This document shows, one piece after another, positions 10,001 through 26,781 of a DNA stretch of 64,000 nucleotides. Within the stretch, counting starts at the first letter, position 1. The number at the start of each line of letters is the position of its first letter. Where the stretch lies: positions 62,001 to 126,000 of the forward strand of contig NW_026250410.1 of the NCBI RefSeq assembly GCF_024521635.1, given 5' to 3'. The DNA is from Tricharina praecox (Eukaryota). The translations under genes and the position numbers were made by a program. A model generated the notes under the pieces. That model saw only the letters and a program-made list of their open reading frames with translations. It had not been told where the DNA came from and made no database searches.

Positions 10001-13000
10001 GGAAGCCAACTCGGCCGCTGTCTTAGAATAGGAATGCACCGTGGGCTCTGGGGTGATATCGAGCCTGTTTCCTGGTTCCTCCGCCTGGAATATCTACATA
10101 TGTATCGCGGCCCCAACTAGGTAGTCTGGGAGTTCCGGAACAGTTCATAGAGTAGATGCTCGTCTCCAGAACGAGCGATGGTTGGAGCATAACTGGTCCA
10201 CAGTTTCGACTCTTGAGGACGGCGCGTGGCTGGTATTGATGATTGATCCCGTTGGGGCTGGGAAGTAAACGTGCGATAATGCTTCATAGGGGAAGCTCCG
10301 CTGGTAATGAGTAGACCCATAGAGTACATCTACACGGCGCGGCAAATGTCATCATAAGGGTACATAAGCCGGTGCGTATTTACATACCAGTTAGACCTCC
10401 AGATCTCAGAGCAGTATCCCAACGCGAACGCAGTCTACGGCGCAGTGTCGGGTGCCTATATACATAAACCCATTAGTTACATACTCCTACATATCTAGAT
10501 GCATTACTTACCAAGTCCCAAGTCCCTATGTAAGTCCCCAAGTCCCGAACTCCGCATCCCTCCCCCGCCAAGCGCCCAAAATCCGGGGTGAAAAAACGGC
10601 GCAACCCTGTCCGCCACTAGAGTATATAGTTACCGCATCACCACCGCACCACCACCGCACCGGGTATGCATCGGAGCATTGACTCTTAAACTGAGCCTTG
10701 ACTCTTGAGGACTCTAGAGGCTTCGCTAGATATTTTTATTTTTGGCGGGCGGGGACGGGGAGTTGAGGGCGGGGACGGGCATCGGGGACGGAAGGTTCTC
10801 GGCCGGCGAGCATAGCGTTCTAACTACCGGGATTCGGCAGAGGGATGATCCGCGGGGGTAGGCGGGGGTAGGTGCGCACGCACGATGCGTTCGCAGCGGG
10901 ATGAGGTTCCCCGTGGGGAAGGGAAGCTTTACTTCTTTACTTTCTGTAGTAGGTATGACAAATATCTGGACCGACAACATGCAACGACAACGACAACGGC
11001 AACGATGGCAGCATTCTTTTGCATTCTCTGGCAATCAATACGCAGGGAACATGCGTTGATGCGTGAAACCGGGCGAAAGGTGCCCTTCGACCGGGCTGCG
11101 TGGGGTCCGCGCGGGTATGCGAGTATGTAGAGTATCCGGATGACCGCAGGCAGAGTGCACGCTCTGTCACTCGAGCACGGTGCTGTGTGCGAGAGTCTGG
11201 GATGCGAGAGATGTGTATAAACAAGACGTGTATCATCATCTGTATTGAATCCGGACGCCGCCGACAGTCGACTTGCATGGAGCTCGAAACGAAACAACCA
11301 TGCCACTGGACCTGTCACTCCAGTAACAAGAATCGTATCATACCGGCATTCAGACGGGGCGGTGTGTTATGGTGTGGTGTGATCGCCAAGTGTGCGGGCG
11401 GACATCGGTCTCAGTGTTCGCCGACGGTGGGCCGTTGGCGGCGGCAGTCAAGACTCAAGATGAAAAGAAAAGGCCAGTTCCCGCTCCTTGCCCTGCACCG
11501 GCAACTTAAGACAGATATGTACCGGTATGTAGCGGTGGCTGTTCTACACGTTCAGATTCCGCACTGGCAACGGCAGTGGGAATGGCGCCTGTATTATACA
11601 CATCACCATCTATCTGCTGGAAAAAATATCGGCAGAAGTCATCCGCAACCAACTATAGAGAGAGCCCATACTCTTTCCATCATTCGCTCGCTCGTTCCAC
11701 ATGCCCCGGATAATCTTCATGCACATGCTAGCCAGGTCCGCAGTGTCGGCCCCCAGTCTCGCACTCCCAGCAGTAGTGTAACGGCGGGGAAGCTTGGGGA
11801 TGTGCTCCGTAAATAGCGGGGTTGGCTCGAGTAAATCACGCATGTGCTTGCGCAGCGCAGCGCGTTGGATAAATGATAATTCCTCGAGCTAGAGTACCTA
11901 GAGAAGAGGAAAGAAGATGATAGCAGTTGTGATATCTATGTAGGCAGAGGAGTGTAGATATCGAGAACTCGAGATAGAGTACGATACGGTAGGTACGGAT
12001 AGTGATGATAGATAATTCCCGTCTCACGATTGGCCGCGGGTGAGATAGATACGAGGTGTTCCAGAAGCGCGGCAGAAGCCCATCCTCCGCCGAGGGTCCG
12101 GGCAGCGCCAGCCATCCTGGGAAACGCAGCAATCAAACCGGCAAAAGAGAGGGGACAAAGAAAAAGAAAGCTCCGGATTGCATGATGAGGTTTGGGCAGA
12201 GATGTGATGAAGAGTTTTTCTTCTTCTCTTTCTTCCTTCGATGGGAATGGGGCGAGTGGAGGAGAGGGAGAGGGTGGACGCGCCTCGCCCGTGACAATGG
12301 TGTCAGGCCGGCAGAGTCTTGGCCGTCATCGTTCGCGGACCGTGACCATACCGCGCGACCTCGACTCCCCAAGACGTAAGCAGACATTTGGAAGCCAGTG
12401 GTGATGGAGAATGCCCGCTCCTAGCCCTCGGCCGTTGTCAGATGTCGGGTCGGCTGTCGGTCGGCACCATCAACGCTGGTCCTCGGGCCAGAGTACAAAC
12501 TTGAGGGCAGTTACATATCAATAAAGTCGCTCGTCCGATGCTTTCCCCTCGCCGTTCTCATTCCTCAACTCCTCAGACCGCAAACGAAGCAAAACGTAAT
12601 ACCAACCTTTGAGTCTCCGCTCTTTCGCCGTCTTCGATCCTATCCACAGCAGCAGAGCATCGGCAGGTGAGTTGATCGTTCTTCTTGGCCAACCTGGCCC
12701 TGCACTGGCGGTGGAGTTGCATACTGCGTGCGCGAGGCAAGCATCCATAGGCTAACTGGGGGTGTGCCATAAAAGGACATCTAGAGCAGCAGAGAGCTTT
12801 GCGAGTCGTCAGCATCAGCAGTTGACCATCTTGTCGTATTCGAACGGGCCAGCGGAAGAAAAGGGGATAGCATTTCACAGAAGCAGAAATTCGAAAGGAT
12901 ACTCGTACGGACGACCACGGAGCGAAGAAGCAGAAGGAGAGGAAGCCGTAGTTACTCTACACGAAGCGTCACTGCGTCAGTCAACTTGCCAGGACGGGAC

Positions 13001-13085
13001 ACAGCTGGACCGCCCTAAGCCAAAAGCAAAAAAAATAGACCATCCGCCGGAGTACATAATAACCCCGCCATCCGCCGCCGCAAAA

Positions 13086-14656
<1,571 letters not shown>

Positions 14657-15588
14657 ACCAACCGTGCAGTAGCCGCGGGAATTTTGTCTTTTTCTTAGTT
14701 TTGGGAATGTAATTACGGTGTTTGTTGCTTTGCTTTGCTTTGCGTTTGTTACTTTGCGTTTTCGTTTTTTCTCTCTCTCGGGAGAGTCTGTCTGTCTGCT
14801 TGCTTGCTATGCTCTTCGGTATGATACAGGATTAGGGGATTAGGGGAAATACAAATGGGATTGACACGTGGGATCACACAATGTTGCGTGCATACCTATA
14901 CACTTGCGAAGACAGGAGGTCTAGTTCTGCAGGATGTTTTAATGATGGGCATGGCGTCATTCAAGCCCTGCCCCGCCGGGTATTGTGCTGAATTATCCGC
15001 ATTATGTATGCACATGAGTGAGTGAGGGAAGTGCACGGTTTGGGGCAGGATTGGGCGGCGGCCTGGCGGGGTTAAGACTTGCGAGTACGTAAGGGGGGAG
15101 ACTCCGGAGGGTGAGACTCGGGACTCGGGAGGGGCTGTTGAGGGGCTGGCGAGTGGGGGGTTTGTGCGATTGAATGAGGCTGTAGGTAGAGTAGATCGGT
15201 GATGGGAATTGGAGGCTTGCTTTTGCTTTGTGCGCTTTGCCGGTAGGTCTCTGTGAGTCTCTGCAGGTAGCCGGCCGGTTGTACATATGATGCCCAGAAC
15301 CTGTGGATTGTGGATCGTAGTCCGTGGATGACTGGCAAAGCGCGGGAGATGTGTAGATACATACTTATTTACGCCGTCACTTCACCTCCAGAGTCTAGCG
15401 GTCCAGCCAGTGACTTCAGCATCCAGCAGGGCTCGGTAACTTCCGCGCTGCGACATGGATCTCGGGCCACCTAACCGAACACAACTACATACACAGCTCC
15501 CATAGTTAACCTCGACACCGCGCGTCGTCACCAGCACTTCAACACCTCCGCCGAACTTCATCACGACCTCCGAACGCACACATACACG

Positions 15589-17619
<2,031 letters not shown>

Positions 17620-18006
17620 ATGATGTTTTGGCTTGTCTTGTTTCTAGATTGCTTTGTTTTGTTTTGTGCGTGATGATATACGGAAGATTGGATTACTATA
17701 GATTAAGGATACCCCGATACATATGACTGGCCAAATACCGGCATGTGCAAACAGTGCCGAGTGACCGCACCATGCGCCACCCACCGCGACCAACCCAACC
17801 GCCGCTTACCATAACCCGCCTAGCGCAATGGCAATGCGGCTCACCAATAACCCGACATTTTCCTCACCACCGACCACCGCACCACCGCACCCATCCGACC
17901 GAACCCATCACCACCACCTACCCGCACCCGCACCCGCACCACCCGCACCCGCACCACCCGCACCCCGCACCCCACTCAATCTACCCAATCCACAACAACT
18001 GCAGCA

Positions 18007-18423
18007 ATGGTCCAATACTTCACCGTCGCCGGCCGCCAAGTCGGCTCGCACGTCGTGCGTTTCCCCCGCGTTCCCCTTCCACCCGCTTCAACCCCCGCCT
18101 CCGGAGCCGCAGTGACTGACGTATTGGTTTTGTGGGGCAGCTGGCGATGGCGACGCTCGGCGTTACGGGCGTGGGCGCATACCTGGGCCTCCGCGGCGGC
18201 GATAGCGGCGCCGAGAAGAATACCCCGCCCATTAAAGCCGATAGTGGCGAGGAGGAGAAGTTTATCCGGTACGTACCTCCGTACTCCGTTGCAAGTAATG
18301 AGAGGGGAGGGGTGGTGGGCGGGGAAGGGAGTGGGAGTGGGGTTGCTGGGCTGGGCTGACCTGACCGGCAATAGCGAGTTCCTGGCCAATGTCGAGAAGG
18401 AGGAGCAGAAGGCGAAGCATTAG
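18007..18423 (+). CDS. ATP19: Mitochondrial ATP synthase subunit k (3 exons)
   Basis: Spliced product MVQYFTVAGRQVGSHV|LAMATLG...PPIKADSGEEEKFIR|EFLANVEKEEQKAKH*. Introns 18055-18140 and 18269-18374. Confidence 0.88.
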   Translation: MVQYFTVAGRQVGSHVVRFPRVPLPPASTPASGAAVTDVLVLWGSWRWRRSALRAWAHTWASAAAIAAPRRIPRPLKPIVARRRSLSGTYLRTPLQVMRGEGWWAGKGVGVGLLGWADLTGNSEFLANVEKEEQKAKH

Positions 18424-19294
18424 AGGGCTGGACTGGATGAACTGGATGAACTGGAGGAACTTCGCCGAGGCGAGTCTGTAGATTACACAAAAGGCAATTG
18501 CAGTGGCGGCTAGACCTAGACGGATAGACACGTACGTACGTACGAGACGATTTGGGCGGGCGTGCTGTGGTGCTGTGAGACGGCGAGAAGTGGGAGTGAT
18601 TGAGTGATGGATATACCGAAGCCGAGTTGGAGAAATGTGGTTACGCCGTTCCGGCGAGGGCCAAATGCTACCATAGTGACTTCCCGTTCTCAAGCTGACC
18701 CGAGCGTGTAGGCTCCAGCAAGCTGTCCCACAGGTGTCAGGCAGAGCTGGTACGTGTGTGTGGTTAGTTTTGTTGAACAATGAGGTAGGTAGAAGAACAC
18801 AGTGGTATTCAGCCCAGCAACATCGTGAGCAGCGAGCTCTCTCTATGATATATACAAGCTTCATAAACCAGCAAGTCTCTGCATCGATCCTTTAGGAAGG
18901 GGTGGGCCTTCCACGCCCGGATACCCCACTAACTAGGGACATCGTCATCGTCATCCCCGAGCGTCCCATATTCTAACAGGTTTGTTTGTTTGTTTGTTTG
19001 TTTGTCCATTGATTTGTATAGTGAGTTGGTATGATATACAAGATCTGAGGGAATAAAGAACGAGTTTGAAAAACAAAAAACCACTCCTATCGCCTATTGT
19101 AGTAAAGGCAGACCCAAACATGCCTCATGCCCAAAGTAGAGAGGCAGAAAAAAAGAAAAAAGAGTAAGAAAAAAGATAAAAGAAAGAAAAAAAATGCGTA
19201 ATCAAAACCATACGCCCCGTGCCCTCCCGCCTATACCTCCCAATTCATTCAGTCCCCCCCTCCCCCCTCCCCTCTCCCCACCGTCGCCCCCTTT

Positions 19295-21018
19295 TCAGTC
19301 GTCAAACAGGCCCTCGATGGCCTTGTAGTTGATCTTCTTGCTGTAAGCCCTCCGCTTCAGCATCTCCTTTGCGGACTCAGCCGGCGAAGCAGCAAGATCT
19401 GGCGCGCTCGAGTCACGCGGCTTCGTCTTCTTTCTCTTGCGCATGCTCTTGACGATTCCCATCCTCGCGTCGGAGGCGGCCTTGAGGCGCTTCACCTCCT
19501 GATCGCGGATCCAGTCCTTGTTGAACTCGGTCCAGATCTTCTCCCTCATCTCGGCTTCATTGTCGTTAAGAATGGCGCCTTGAACTTCCCAGTCGTCGTC
19601 GACGTCGTTGAGATTTTCGGGGTCGTCTGAGACTAGGCCCTTGGGGAGCGCGGCGAGTGTCGCTTCGTGTGCGCGGCGGAGCTCCTCGACGATAGCGGCG
19701 GAGTCCGAGTCGTTGACGAGTCCGGAGATCTCGCTCTCGATGGTCGACATGATAATGTCGTTGCTCTGCTCGTCGGGCATGAAGATGCCGGAGTCCTTGA
19801 TGGGTTTTGGGTGCTTGCTAGTAGCGGGAGCGGTGGGTGGTGGAGTTGCGAGTCCTTCCTCGCTGCCGACAAGGGCGGGATCGATCGGTATCTCGGGGAT
19901 CACGAAGCCGTCCGCGTCTCTTCGGAGTTCCTGTTGCTCTCCGGTCTTGGCTTTCTTCGCTGGACTGCCACCAGCTTCTTCGGTCTCCTCCTCGGCGTCG
20001 CTGTCAATGACTTCACCGTCGTCGTTGACCTGCCGTACCCTCTTGCGCTTCGACTTCTTCGGGCCGAAGCTAGGCGGATCGTGTTCTTGCTCGAGCCATA
20101 TGCTTCTGAACTCCTCCACCGTCAGGTCTCCACTGCGAGTCTCCTTGAACTCCTGTAGTCGCTTATGGATGGTGAGATCCGCAACCTTGACCACGTAGAC
20201 CACCTCCCTGATGCTCCGCCTGAAGTTGTTCATTCTCGCCGCGAGAATCAACGCGGCACCACAGATACCCGACGGCCGACGACCTTGCACGATCCAATCT
20301 CTGTTCATGCGCTTGATGAGTCTGAGGGCGTCCTGGGCGACCTTGTACTGATCGTTTCCGAACTCGAGATGCTTCGCGAAGCGATGGATGTATATCGTGG
20401 GGTCGATGTGCGGGAGCTTGAGGTTCAAGGTGCGCAAAAGCTTGAGGTACGTCTGTCCGAGGGTGAAGACGTTGATGTGAAGGATGTCCGAAAAGTCGAT
20501 CAGCATGTGCGAGGACTTCTCCATGCGGCACGCGATGTAGAGACAGCATGCGACGACGTATTGCGCCTTGCGGCCCTTCGTAAAGTTGTGTGTCAGAGCA
20601 AGGGTGTAGTTGCGCTGCGCGATCTCGGCATAGTGGTCGGGACAGGCGAGGACCGCGGCGAGCTGGTTGATTCTTCGGCGGGCTGAGGGAGCGCGTCGGT
20701 CAGCCAATCGGTTCGCGTGCGATCAAAGAATGCGGGGGGAAAAGCATAGAGACACGTGCCTTCAGCGATCGTCTGCTCGCGACTCTCGATACTCGTTCCG
20801 CTGCGATATCTTCCACCGGTAGAGGCGTGAGTCTGACCGGCGCCGACACGACTTCCCTGGACGGTTGCAGCACCCGCACTATTTTCGCCGAAAGTGATTT
20901 CCGAGACAATGTGCGATTCGTTGACGACGGTTCCGCAATTGGTGCAAACTACCTGACCCGAGGAATCATCGAAGTCGGCAGGATTCGAACAGCCACAGTT
21001 CGGGCATGTGTTGGGCAT
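19295..21018 (-). CDS. BRF1: TFIIIB subunit Brf1 (2 exons)
   Basis: N-terminal Zn ribbon CPNCG...VCTNCG, cyclin-fold repeats (FTKGRK, WIVQGRRPSGICGA) and C-terminal SKKINY. Intron 20759-20683, probably GC-AG. Confidence 0.95.
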
Positions 21019-22008
21019 CTTGACGACTGGGTTATCGGTGCAGAGCAAGGATGGCAGGGAAAATCTGTAAAGCAGATACTCAATGCGGGATTGGGTACTT
21101 AAATGTCGCGTGATGGATTAGAGAGTGAGGTTTGCGCGAGGAGGAGAGGTGTTGGTGGGAGAGTGCTTGTGTTGCGGGTGTGTGTGTGTGGAGTGGAGGG
21201 GAGAGGAGGAGGGGTTTCCGTATCGGTTAAGGACTTACAAATGCGGCTCAAAAGACCGACGCCAAATTTTTCAGTTTTCCAAGAGCGAATAGGACTAGCG
21301 AGCACTGGGACTAGCAAGCACTCATACTAGCGTGTACTAGAATTAGCGAAGACCAATCCAAAACTAATATTTGATTGAATCTCGATTGAAATTCACAAAA
21401 AAAGTAATGTTATTCACGGGTAGGAGGACAACCATAAGCTCGAGCGCTGTAGATAATGAATTAGGTAACAGGGAGATTACTTTGTTCAGCCAGCCTGGTC
21501 TTGATCAATTGATGCATTGGGAGAGAGAGAACATCAACCTATCGTCGCATACGGCCTGTCTAGACCGATTAATGATTTGTGGTATTCTTTTGGTTGAATT
21601 GTTAATCACATACAACCTATCTATGTAAATCATGGCGATGTACACACACACCGGTTTCTTATCCACCGTCCAACCCGGCCCCGAAGGGTCTGCAGCGGCA
21701 CGCGGTGGCTCACTCCCTCGCCGCTGCTCTCCGCCTGGCATCCAACGCAATGAAGCGCATTAAGGAAAGTATACGGTAGAGACTGATACCCACGGGCTTG
21801 CATGGCCGCTCATTCCCACCTCTCCTCCTCTCTCCGAACGGGCTGTCGAAGATCTAAAACTAAACTTCTATCGAGTGCTACTTAATGATGCACTCTCCAA
21901 AGCTCACGACCACACACGACCGATAGAACAAGCACTCAGCATCATCCGTAAACTCATAAATTTCCAGATACAGGATCAGTCACGATCCAAGACCTCCAGA
22001 TGCCTAGG

Positions 22009-22467
22009 CTACTCCATCCTCGGCATCCTGCCACCAGCCCCTTCAGGCTTCTTCATCCCCTCATCCCCCATCCGCTGCTGTCCTCCAGCCCCCTTCCCCA
22101 TCCCTCCACCTCCCGGCATGTTCTGCTTATGATCTCTCCGGGCATGGTGCTCACCGTGATGTCCCTCGGCTTTCGCCATACCTCAGTCCCAGCACCGCAT
22201 TCAGCCCAAAGATTACTCACCGGTCTGCCCACTTCCGCTCGAGTGCTTCAACCCACCATGCGCCAGCGGCTCCAGATGCGACGACTGCATGACGTAATCG
22301 TCACCGATCACGCCGTGGGTGTGCTCAGTGCTCGAGTGGTCTTTGAGCGGGGACTTAAGAGGGTCGATCTTGGTCGAAGAGAGCTCGTCCTCGTCGTAGC
22401 CGGGGCCATTGGTGGGGTGCTCGAGGGCATCGAGAGCCTTGCTGCTGGGTTTATTCTGACGATCCAT
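22009..22467 (-). CDS. Small hydrophilic Gly/His-rich protein (hydrophilin/stress-protein-like), 2 exons
   Basis: ORF 22213..22467 has a GTGAGT donor at 22220. After an acceptor near 22170 the frame continues AEGHHGEHHARRDHKQNMPGGGG...MPRME*. Confidence 0.7.
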
Positions 22468-22912
22468 TTTTTCGTTGTTGTTTCAGTGTGGTTTTGTTCG
22501 GTAGAGGAATCTGGGCACGGTTGGTTGTGTGCGCCGTTTTTTTATACGTGCTGGCGATACGATGACGACTGTGCGCGGAGTCGTTGGCCATGATGCTCCA
22601 CTGACGTCAATTGAACGCCGCTGAGAATAGACGGCGGCCGATGCTTGACGGGGATAAGCGGCGTGAAGCGAATGTTTGTGTGGTGGTATATTTGTCATGT
22701 GGTAGGTACCAGGCCGTACCTCTCCCCCGGCGCCTAGAGTACAAGGTGAAAATTGGCCTCCAGTCTCGAGCTCGATACCGAGACACCTACGATAGACTAC
22801 GGTAGGATACGTCTATTGCGGCAATTCACACTCCACGCTCCTACGACTGGCCTCATTCAGTGCCATATCGTCTCCATCCTCCCCCCATCTTCTCAATAAG
22901 CCCACCATATCC

Positions 22913-24079
22913 TTAAAGCGTCTTCCATCCCAGTGGCCCCTTTCCCCTTCCCTTCGTCTCCCTAACCAGACACTTCACCATCCCATCCTGCTCCCTTAAC
23001 TCACTCACCTCAGGATAGAATCTATCTCTCTGCTCAAGCGGCACGCTCTCCAGCTCTCTATCAGTCGCACAAATCTCCGTGATAACCCTCTCCCTCCGCT
23101 GCATTCCCGCAACCAATCCAGTAATACTAAAATCCTTCTCCATCACCTTCTCCTTCACAAGCTCGTCTTCCGGATCAACACCAACCCGCTCTGCCAACCG
23201 CTTCCAAGCAATCCCATTTTCGTTCGACCGCCCAAAAGTATCCGCAAACGCCTCATAAACGGCGAGATGATACCGGCGCCACACAGCGTCTCGCTCGGGA
23301 TGGTACACGACGACTGAGGGGAGCGGCCATGCTTGCCTGTCGTGAAGCCGGAGGAACTCGGCGGGGAAGGGCGCGTCGCGCGCATGATGGAAGTTTGGGT
23401 AGAAGGTTTGGAAGAACTTTACCACCGATTGAAGTTTAGCGCGTGAGGGTCCTTGCTGTTTCCGTGCCCTGGGGGTGCTTGGGGTGCTTGGGGTGCTTAG
23501 GGTGCTAAGGGTAGCGGTGTCATATTTTTCTCGGGTTTTAGAAGCTCGTGGTGGTTTTGGCTGCGGGCGGGCAGGTGTCGGGCTCGTAGCGGTGCGGGTT
23601 TGGGTGTCATCTCCGTCCTTTTTTCCAGGCGGGAAGCGCAGTTTCGATCGGGGTTCCGATTGCGGCCGAGTTGCTGTCGAGGGCGCTGCAGCGCTCCTGT
23701 AGCTGGAACTGGGCCGTCGCGGGGGACCTATGGGTTCCGGTGCTCTGGCTGTGCTGAGTGTGCTGGCGTCTTTTCCAGGTCGGGGCGGGAACCGCGGCTC
23801 CACTTTTGGTTGCCGCTGAACTCTCGCAGCGGGCGTTTTCAGGCTCGTAGTGGCGAGGGTTGTGATATAATTCTCACGTTTTCGACGCGTCAAAGGCAGC
23901 TCTGCTTCTGATTGCGGTCGGGCTGCTGTGGGGATCGGTTCAGGTTGCTGCTGCGAGACTGTTCTGGGGGGCGCTTTTGGGTTCCATTTTGTTCGCTGCG
24001 TCTGGATTGCCGTAGACGGCGTTGGGGCGCTCCGTGTACTGAAGACGAGTCGGCGCAAGGCGGGGGATGGTGTGGACAT
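22913..24079 (-). CDS. Hypothetical 388-aa protein: basic, low-complexity N-half and globular C-half
   Basis: Long single ORF. The R/S/T-rich N-terminus resembles a mitochondrial presequence. The C-half (FFQTFYPNF...EFLRL...W...TFG...WKRLAERVG) looks like a folded fungal domain. Confidence 0.7.
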   Translation of the reverse strand: MSTPSPALRRLVFSTRSAPTPSTAIQTQRTKWNPKAPPRTVSQQQPEPIPTAARPQSEAELPLTRRKRENYITTLATTSLKTPAARVQRQPKVEPRFPPRPGKDASTLSTARAPEPIGPPRRPSSSYRSAAAPSTATRPQSEPRSKLRFPPGKKDGDDTQTRTATSPTPARPQPKPPRASKTREKYDTATLSTLSTPSTPSTPRARKQQGPSRAKLQSVVKFFQTFYPNFHHARDAPFPAEFLRLHDRQAWPLPSVVVYHPERDAVWRRYHLAVYEAFADTFGRSNENGIAWKRLAERVGVDPEDELVKEKVMEKDFSITGLVAGMQRRERVITEICATDRELESVPLEQRDRFYPEVSELREQDGMVKCLVRETKGRGKGPLGWKTL

Positions 24080-25142
24080 CGAGTGAGGATAATTTTGCGG
24101 TGGTGGGGGTGAGTGATGTCGTACAGCAATGCATAACTACAGGGTTTAGGTGGCGCGTCTACTCTATGTAGGACAAAACAACCGCGCGCCACTCCTCTAT
24201 TAGCTTCCCGGCTCCTGACGCCGATTGCATGCCGCTCTTTAGGCTGGGATTCCCGAGCTATGTATCGTTCGGCATGTTCGCGACGTGAGCTTGACTACAG
24301 AATACCAAGCAGGTCCCCACGGCCAACCCAATTGGCTGGATTGGCTGCACTGTCCCGTAAGCGCACATACACATCGAGGAGTGGTAATCGGCATGTAAGG
24401 GTTCGAGATACAAACACAGCTTTGCTCTTGATATGGCTTTGATGATGATGGAAAACAAAACAAAACAAGACAAGCACGGAAGACATAAATGGCCACAGCA
24501 AGCAGAAACTAAAAGTTGGATGCACATCATCAAATCTCCCCATCACAGGAAACTAGCATCACCTCCGCGACAGCTGGTCTCACCAGGTCTGTACAAACTC
24601 CACTCCCTCACCAATAAGTCCCGCTCGTGTCCCGCAAATTCCCACTCAGGCTCGCTGGGTCCCCAATCCCCCGGCCGCTGGTCCCACTCGGGTCTCGCCA
24701 AGTCCCGCTCAAGTCCACTAGAGTCCTACTCGATCGGTGCTCTCTGGAAAACGCTAAGTCGCCTCTGCTCCTGCGCCCCTCAATATGTACCTATTGCAGG
24801 GTCCACTTTAGCTATACGGAAACGAACCGTCGGTGATGACGGACGAAGGATGGTCGAAGATAGCAGAGGAGACAAGGTCTAGAAGGGCATTGGTTTAGCT
24901 GCAATGACCGCAACTTTCTACAGCCCTCCTCAGCCTCGATTCCCACAATCAATCTTTCACTGCGGGAAATGATGACGTTAATTTCTTGACTCCGGCATAT
25001 GCAGCCTTGCTCGGCTGTGCACGCAGCCTCGGTTTAGCCTCGTGCCTCACGACAGGGCAGCAATCGTCACACAAAACCAGGTATCACTCGAACGATGGCC
25101 CCGTCGGCCAATTTTCGACCCGCGCTAGCGTCCCACAACATC

Positions 25143-25149
25143 TATAAAA
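25143..25149 (+). promoter_or_regulatory. TATA box of U4 copy 2
   Basis: TATAAAA followed by a pyrimidine tract, about 50 nt upstream of the U4 5' end. Conserved in all three copies. Confidence 0.75.
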
Positions 25150-25193
25150 CCCCCCCTCTCTCCCCCCCCTCCTCTCCTCTCCCTTTCTTCTCC

Positions 25194-25321
25194 ATCTTAG
25201 TGCAAGGGTATTACGAGTCTCAGTGAGGATTTAATCCGAGAGCTTGTTTTTGCTAGTTGAAAACTAAACCTTTGACCGCTCCTGGCCTGCTTCGGCGGCG
25301 CCAGGGAATTTTTGGCTTCTT
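25194..25321 (+). ncRNA. U4 spliceosomal snRNA, copy 2 (3' end approximate)
   Basis: ATCTTAGTGCAAGGGTATTACGAGTCTCAGTGAGGATTTAATCCGAGAGCTTGTTTTTGCTAGTTGAAAAC...CCTGGCCTGCTTCGGCGGCGCCAGG-G-AATTTTTGG matches fungal U4 architecture: stem II arm, k-turn, stem I arm, 3' hairpin, Sm site at 25307-25315. Confidence 0.92.
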
Positions 25322-25383
25322 ATGTACGATGTTTTTCGTTGGCTTCCAGGTTGCAAACGTGGGGTTGAAGAAAGATGTACACT

Positions 25384-25490
25384 TTGTCAAATATACTAAG
25401 ATCGATTAGATTATTGGTAGGAGAGATAATATAGATGTTTATTTGCTTGCTTCTTTTCTACTCTGGGTCGGCGCTCTTCTATATATACAG
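25384..25490. repeat. Partial copy of repeat family BD
   Basis: Reverse complement aligns with 4922-5025 (CTGTATATATAGAAG...AAGAAGCAAGCAA...TCCTACC...ATCGATCT.AGTA.ATT.GACAA). Confidence 0.8.
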
Positions 25491-25850
25491 TTGCTCCTCC
25501 CCGTCTCCTTCCGAACTTCTGCCCACAGTGTTTTCTGCTGCATTTTGCATTCGGGGCAGTTTTTGAAGAGGTGCTCCCTGGTCTGGGTCTTGCAGCGACA
25601 CCATCCTCAGCGGACGTCTGGGCGGTATTTCATCCATTGGAAGTACTGGCCGGTGAGGAAGTGTCCTGTCTTCAGCTGGTAGAACCTTGAAGCCAGGCGC
25701 TTGGAGGCCATGGCCGGGATCGGGTCCAGTCTCTGGCCAGGTTCTCTGCTAAACCGGTAATTCTCGTTGGTAACCTGGGCGTCGGCCCATGCTTTGGCTT
25801 CTCTCCACATACTTTTCGTGATGCCTCGTCTCAGGTATGCGAGTGACGGA
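25491..25850 (-). pseudogene. Decayed non-LTR retrotransposon (LINE, Tad1-like) ORF2 C-terminal fragment
   Basis: SLAYLRRGITKSMWREAKAW...LASRFYQLKTGHFLTGQY...R*GWCRCKTQTREHLFKNC is the post-RNase H region plus CCHC knuckle. It carries an in-frame stop and is truncated at both ends. Confidence 0.85.
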
Positions 25851-26385
25851 GGAGGTAGCGATTGATCACTAGCCTATTTCCCCCCACGACACAGGATATC
25901 ACGCAGCGAGTGAAAGCTGATGAAGAGTCTAGTTCAACGACTTCAATCCTTTGCAGCTAGAAAGCTATGTGCTTACCTCGCGCTGTACTTACCACTTACC
26001 TCCGTAGATACCCCCGTCCATGCGATAAAGTAAACAACTTGAAGTAAGTCACCCACGACCCAGAACGCACTAGCGGCACCGCCGTCTCTTCTCATTCGAG
26101 ATGCCAGGAATCGTGTATCGCAGTCGCTCTGCTTTGACTGACGCTACTTACCTCGGAGAAAGTCGGTTTACATCTTTTGGAGTCACGTTATAACACACAC
26201 TTCCGAGCGGTTGCTCCTCCAGCACTGATCCTGGTGCATCCCTAACAACCTCTTCAGTCCGACCCCACCATCGGAGCAGAAGCGACACCCTTCAGCGAGC
26301 ACATATCGACCGCAACAAATCCGCACCGTCGTTCGGCGGGGATCAACGCCGTTTCACCAACCCCCTCCCCTTAAAGGTCGATATA

Positions 26386-26781
26386 ATGTTCGACATCACC
26401 GATCTCATCAACCTCACCCATGGCAAGCGTAAGCCGGTCATCCCGCTGCGCTCCGACACGGGCACGACGTTCGACACCATCTTCCTCCGGAGCCACCGCG
26501 AGGAGATCCTGTCGATTTTCCTCGCCTTCAAGCAGACCGAGCAGCTGCTGGACTCGATGGAGGAGCACACGATAGCCAAGCACTTCGAAATCCTCCTGCG
26601 CATGCTCCAGCACCGCCGGCAGCTGCGCCAGTTGAAGGAGTGGCTGGTGCACGACGGCATCGGCGCCACCGGCGACGAGAGGGAGATTCGCTGGATGTGC
26701 CGCATGTGCCAGGCGATTTATGAGGGCATCCGGAGGAGGATGGGCATGGGACGGAAGTGGGGGATGACGGCGGGGTTCTAA
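26386..26781 (+). CDS. Hypothetical helical protein (131 aa)
   Basis: ATG-initiated ORF with gene-like GC3-rich codon usage. No recognisable domain. Confidence 0.55.
   Translation: MFDITDLINLTHGKRKPVIPLRSDTGTTFDTIFLRSHREEILSIFLAFKQTEQLLDSMEEHTIAKHFEILLRMLQHRRQLRQLKEWLVHDGIGATGDEREIRWMCRMCQAIYEGIRRRMGMGRKWGMTAGF

Larger units (their letters stand above)
25081..25371 (+). repeat. U4 snRNA cassette, copy 2 (~291 bp)
   Basis: Same boundaries as copies 1 and 3, opposite orientation. Confidence 0.9.

Noticed and set aside
12762..13085. Long 5' extension of the aminotransferase ORF from GTG 12762
   Set aside because: Non-ATG start and promoter-like composition. The same applies to ORF 36977, upstream of the real carboxylase start at 37125.
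25081..25371. Cassette read as a solo LTR or as a hammerhead/HDV ribozyme
   Set aside because: No TG...CA ends or shared TSD, and no CUGAUGA/GAAA core. U4 explains all the conserved motifs.
26145..26156. U1-like TACTTACCT
   Set aside because: No downstream U1 stem-loops or Sm site; reads as an antisense donor-like sequence.
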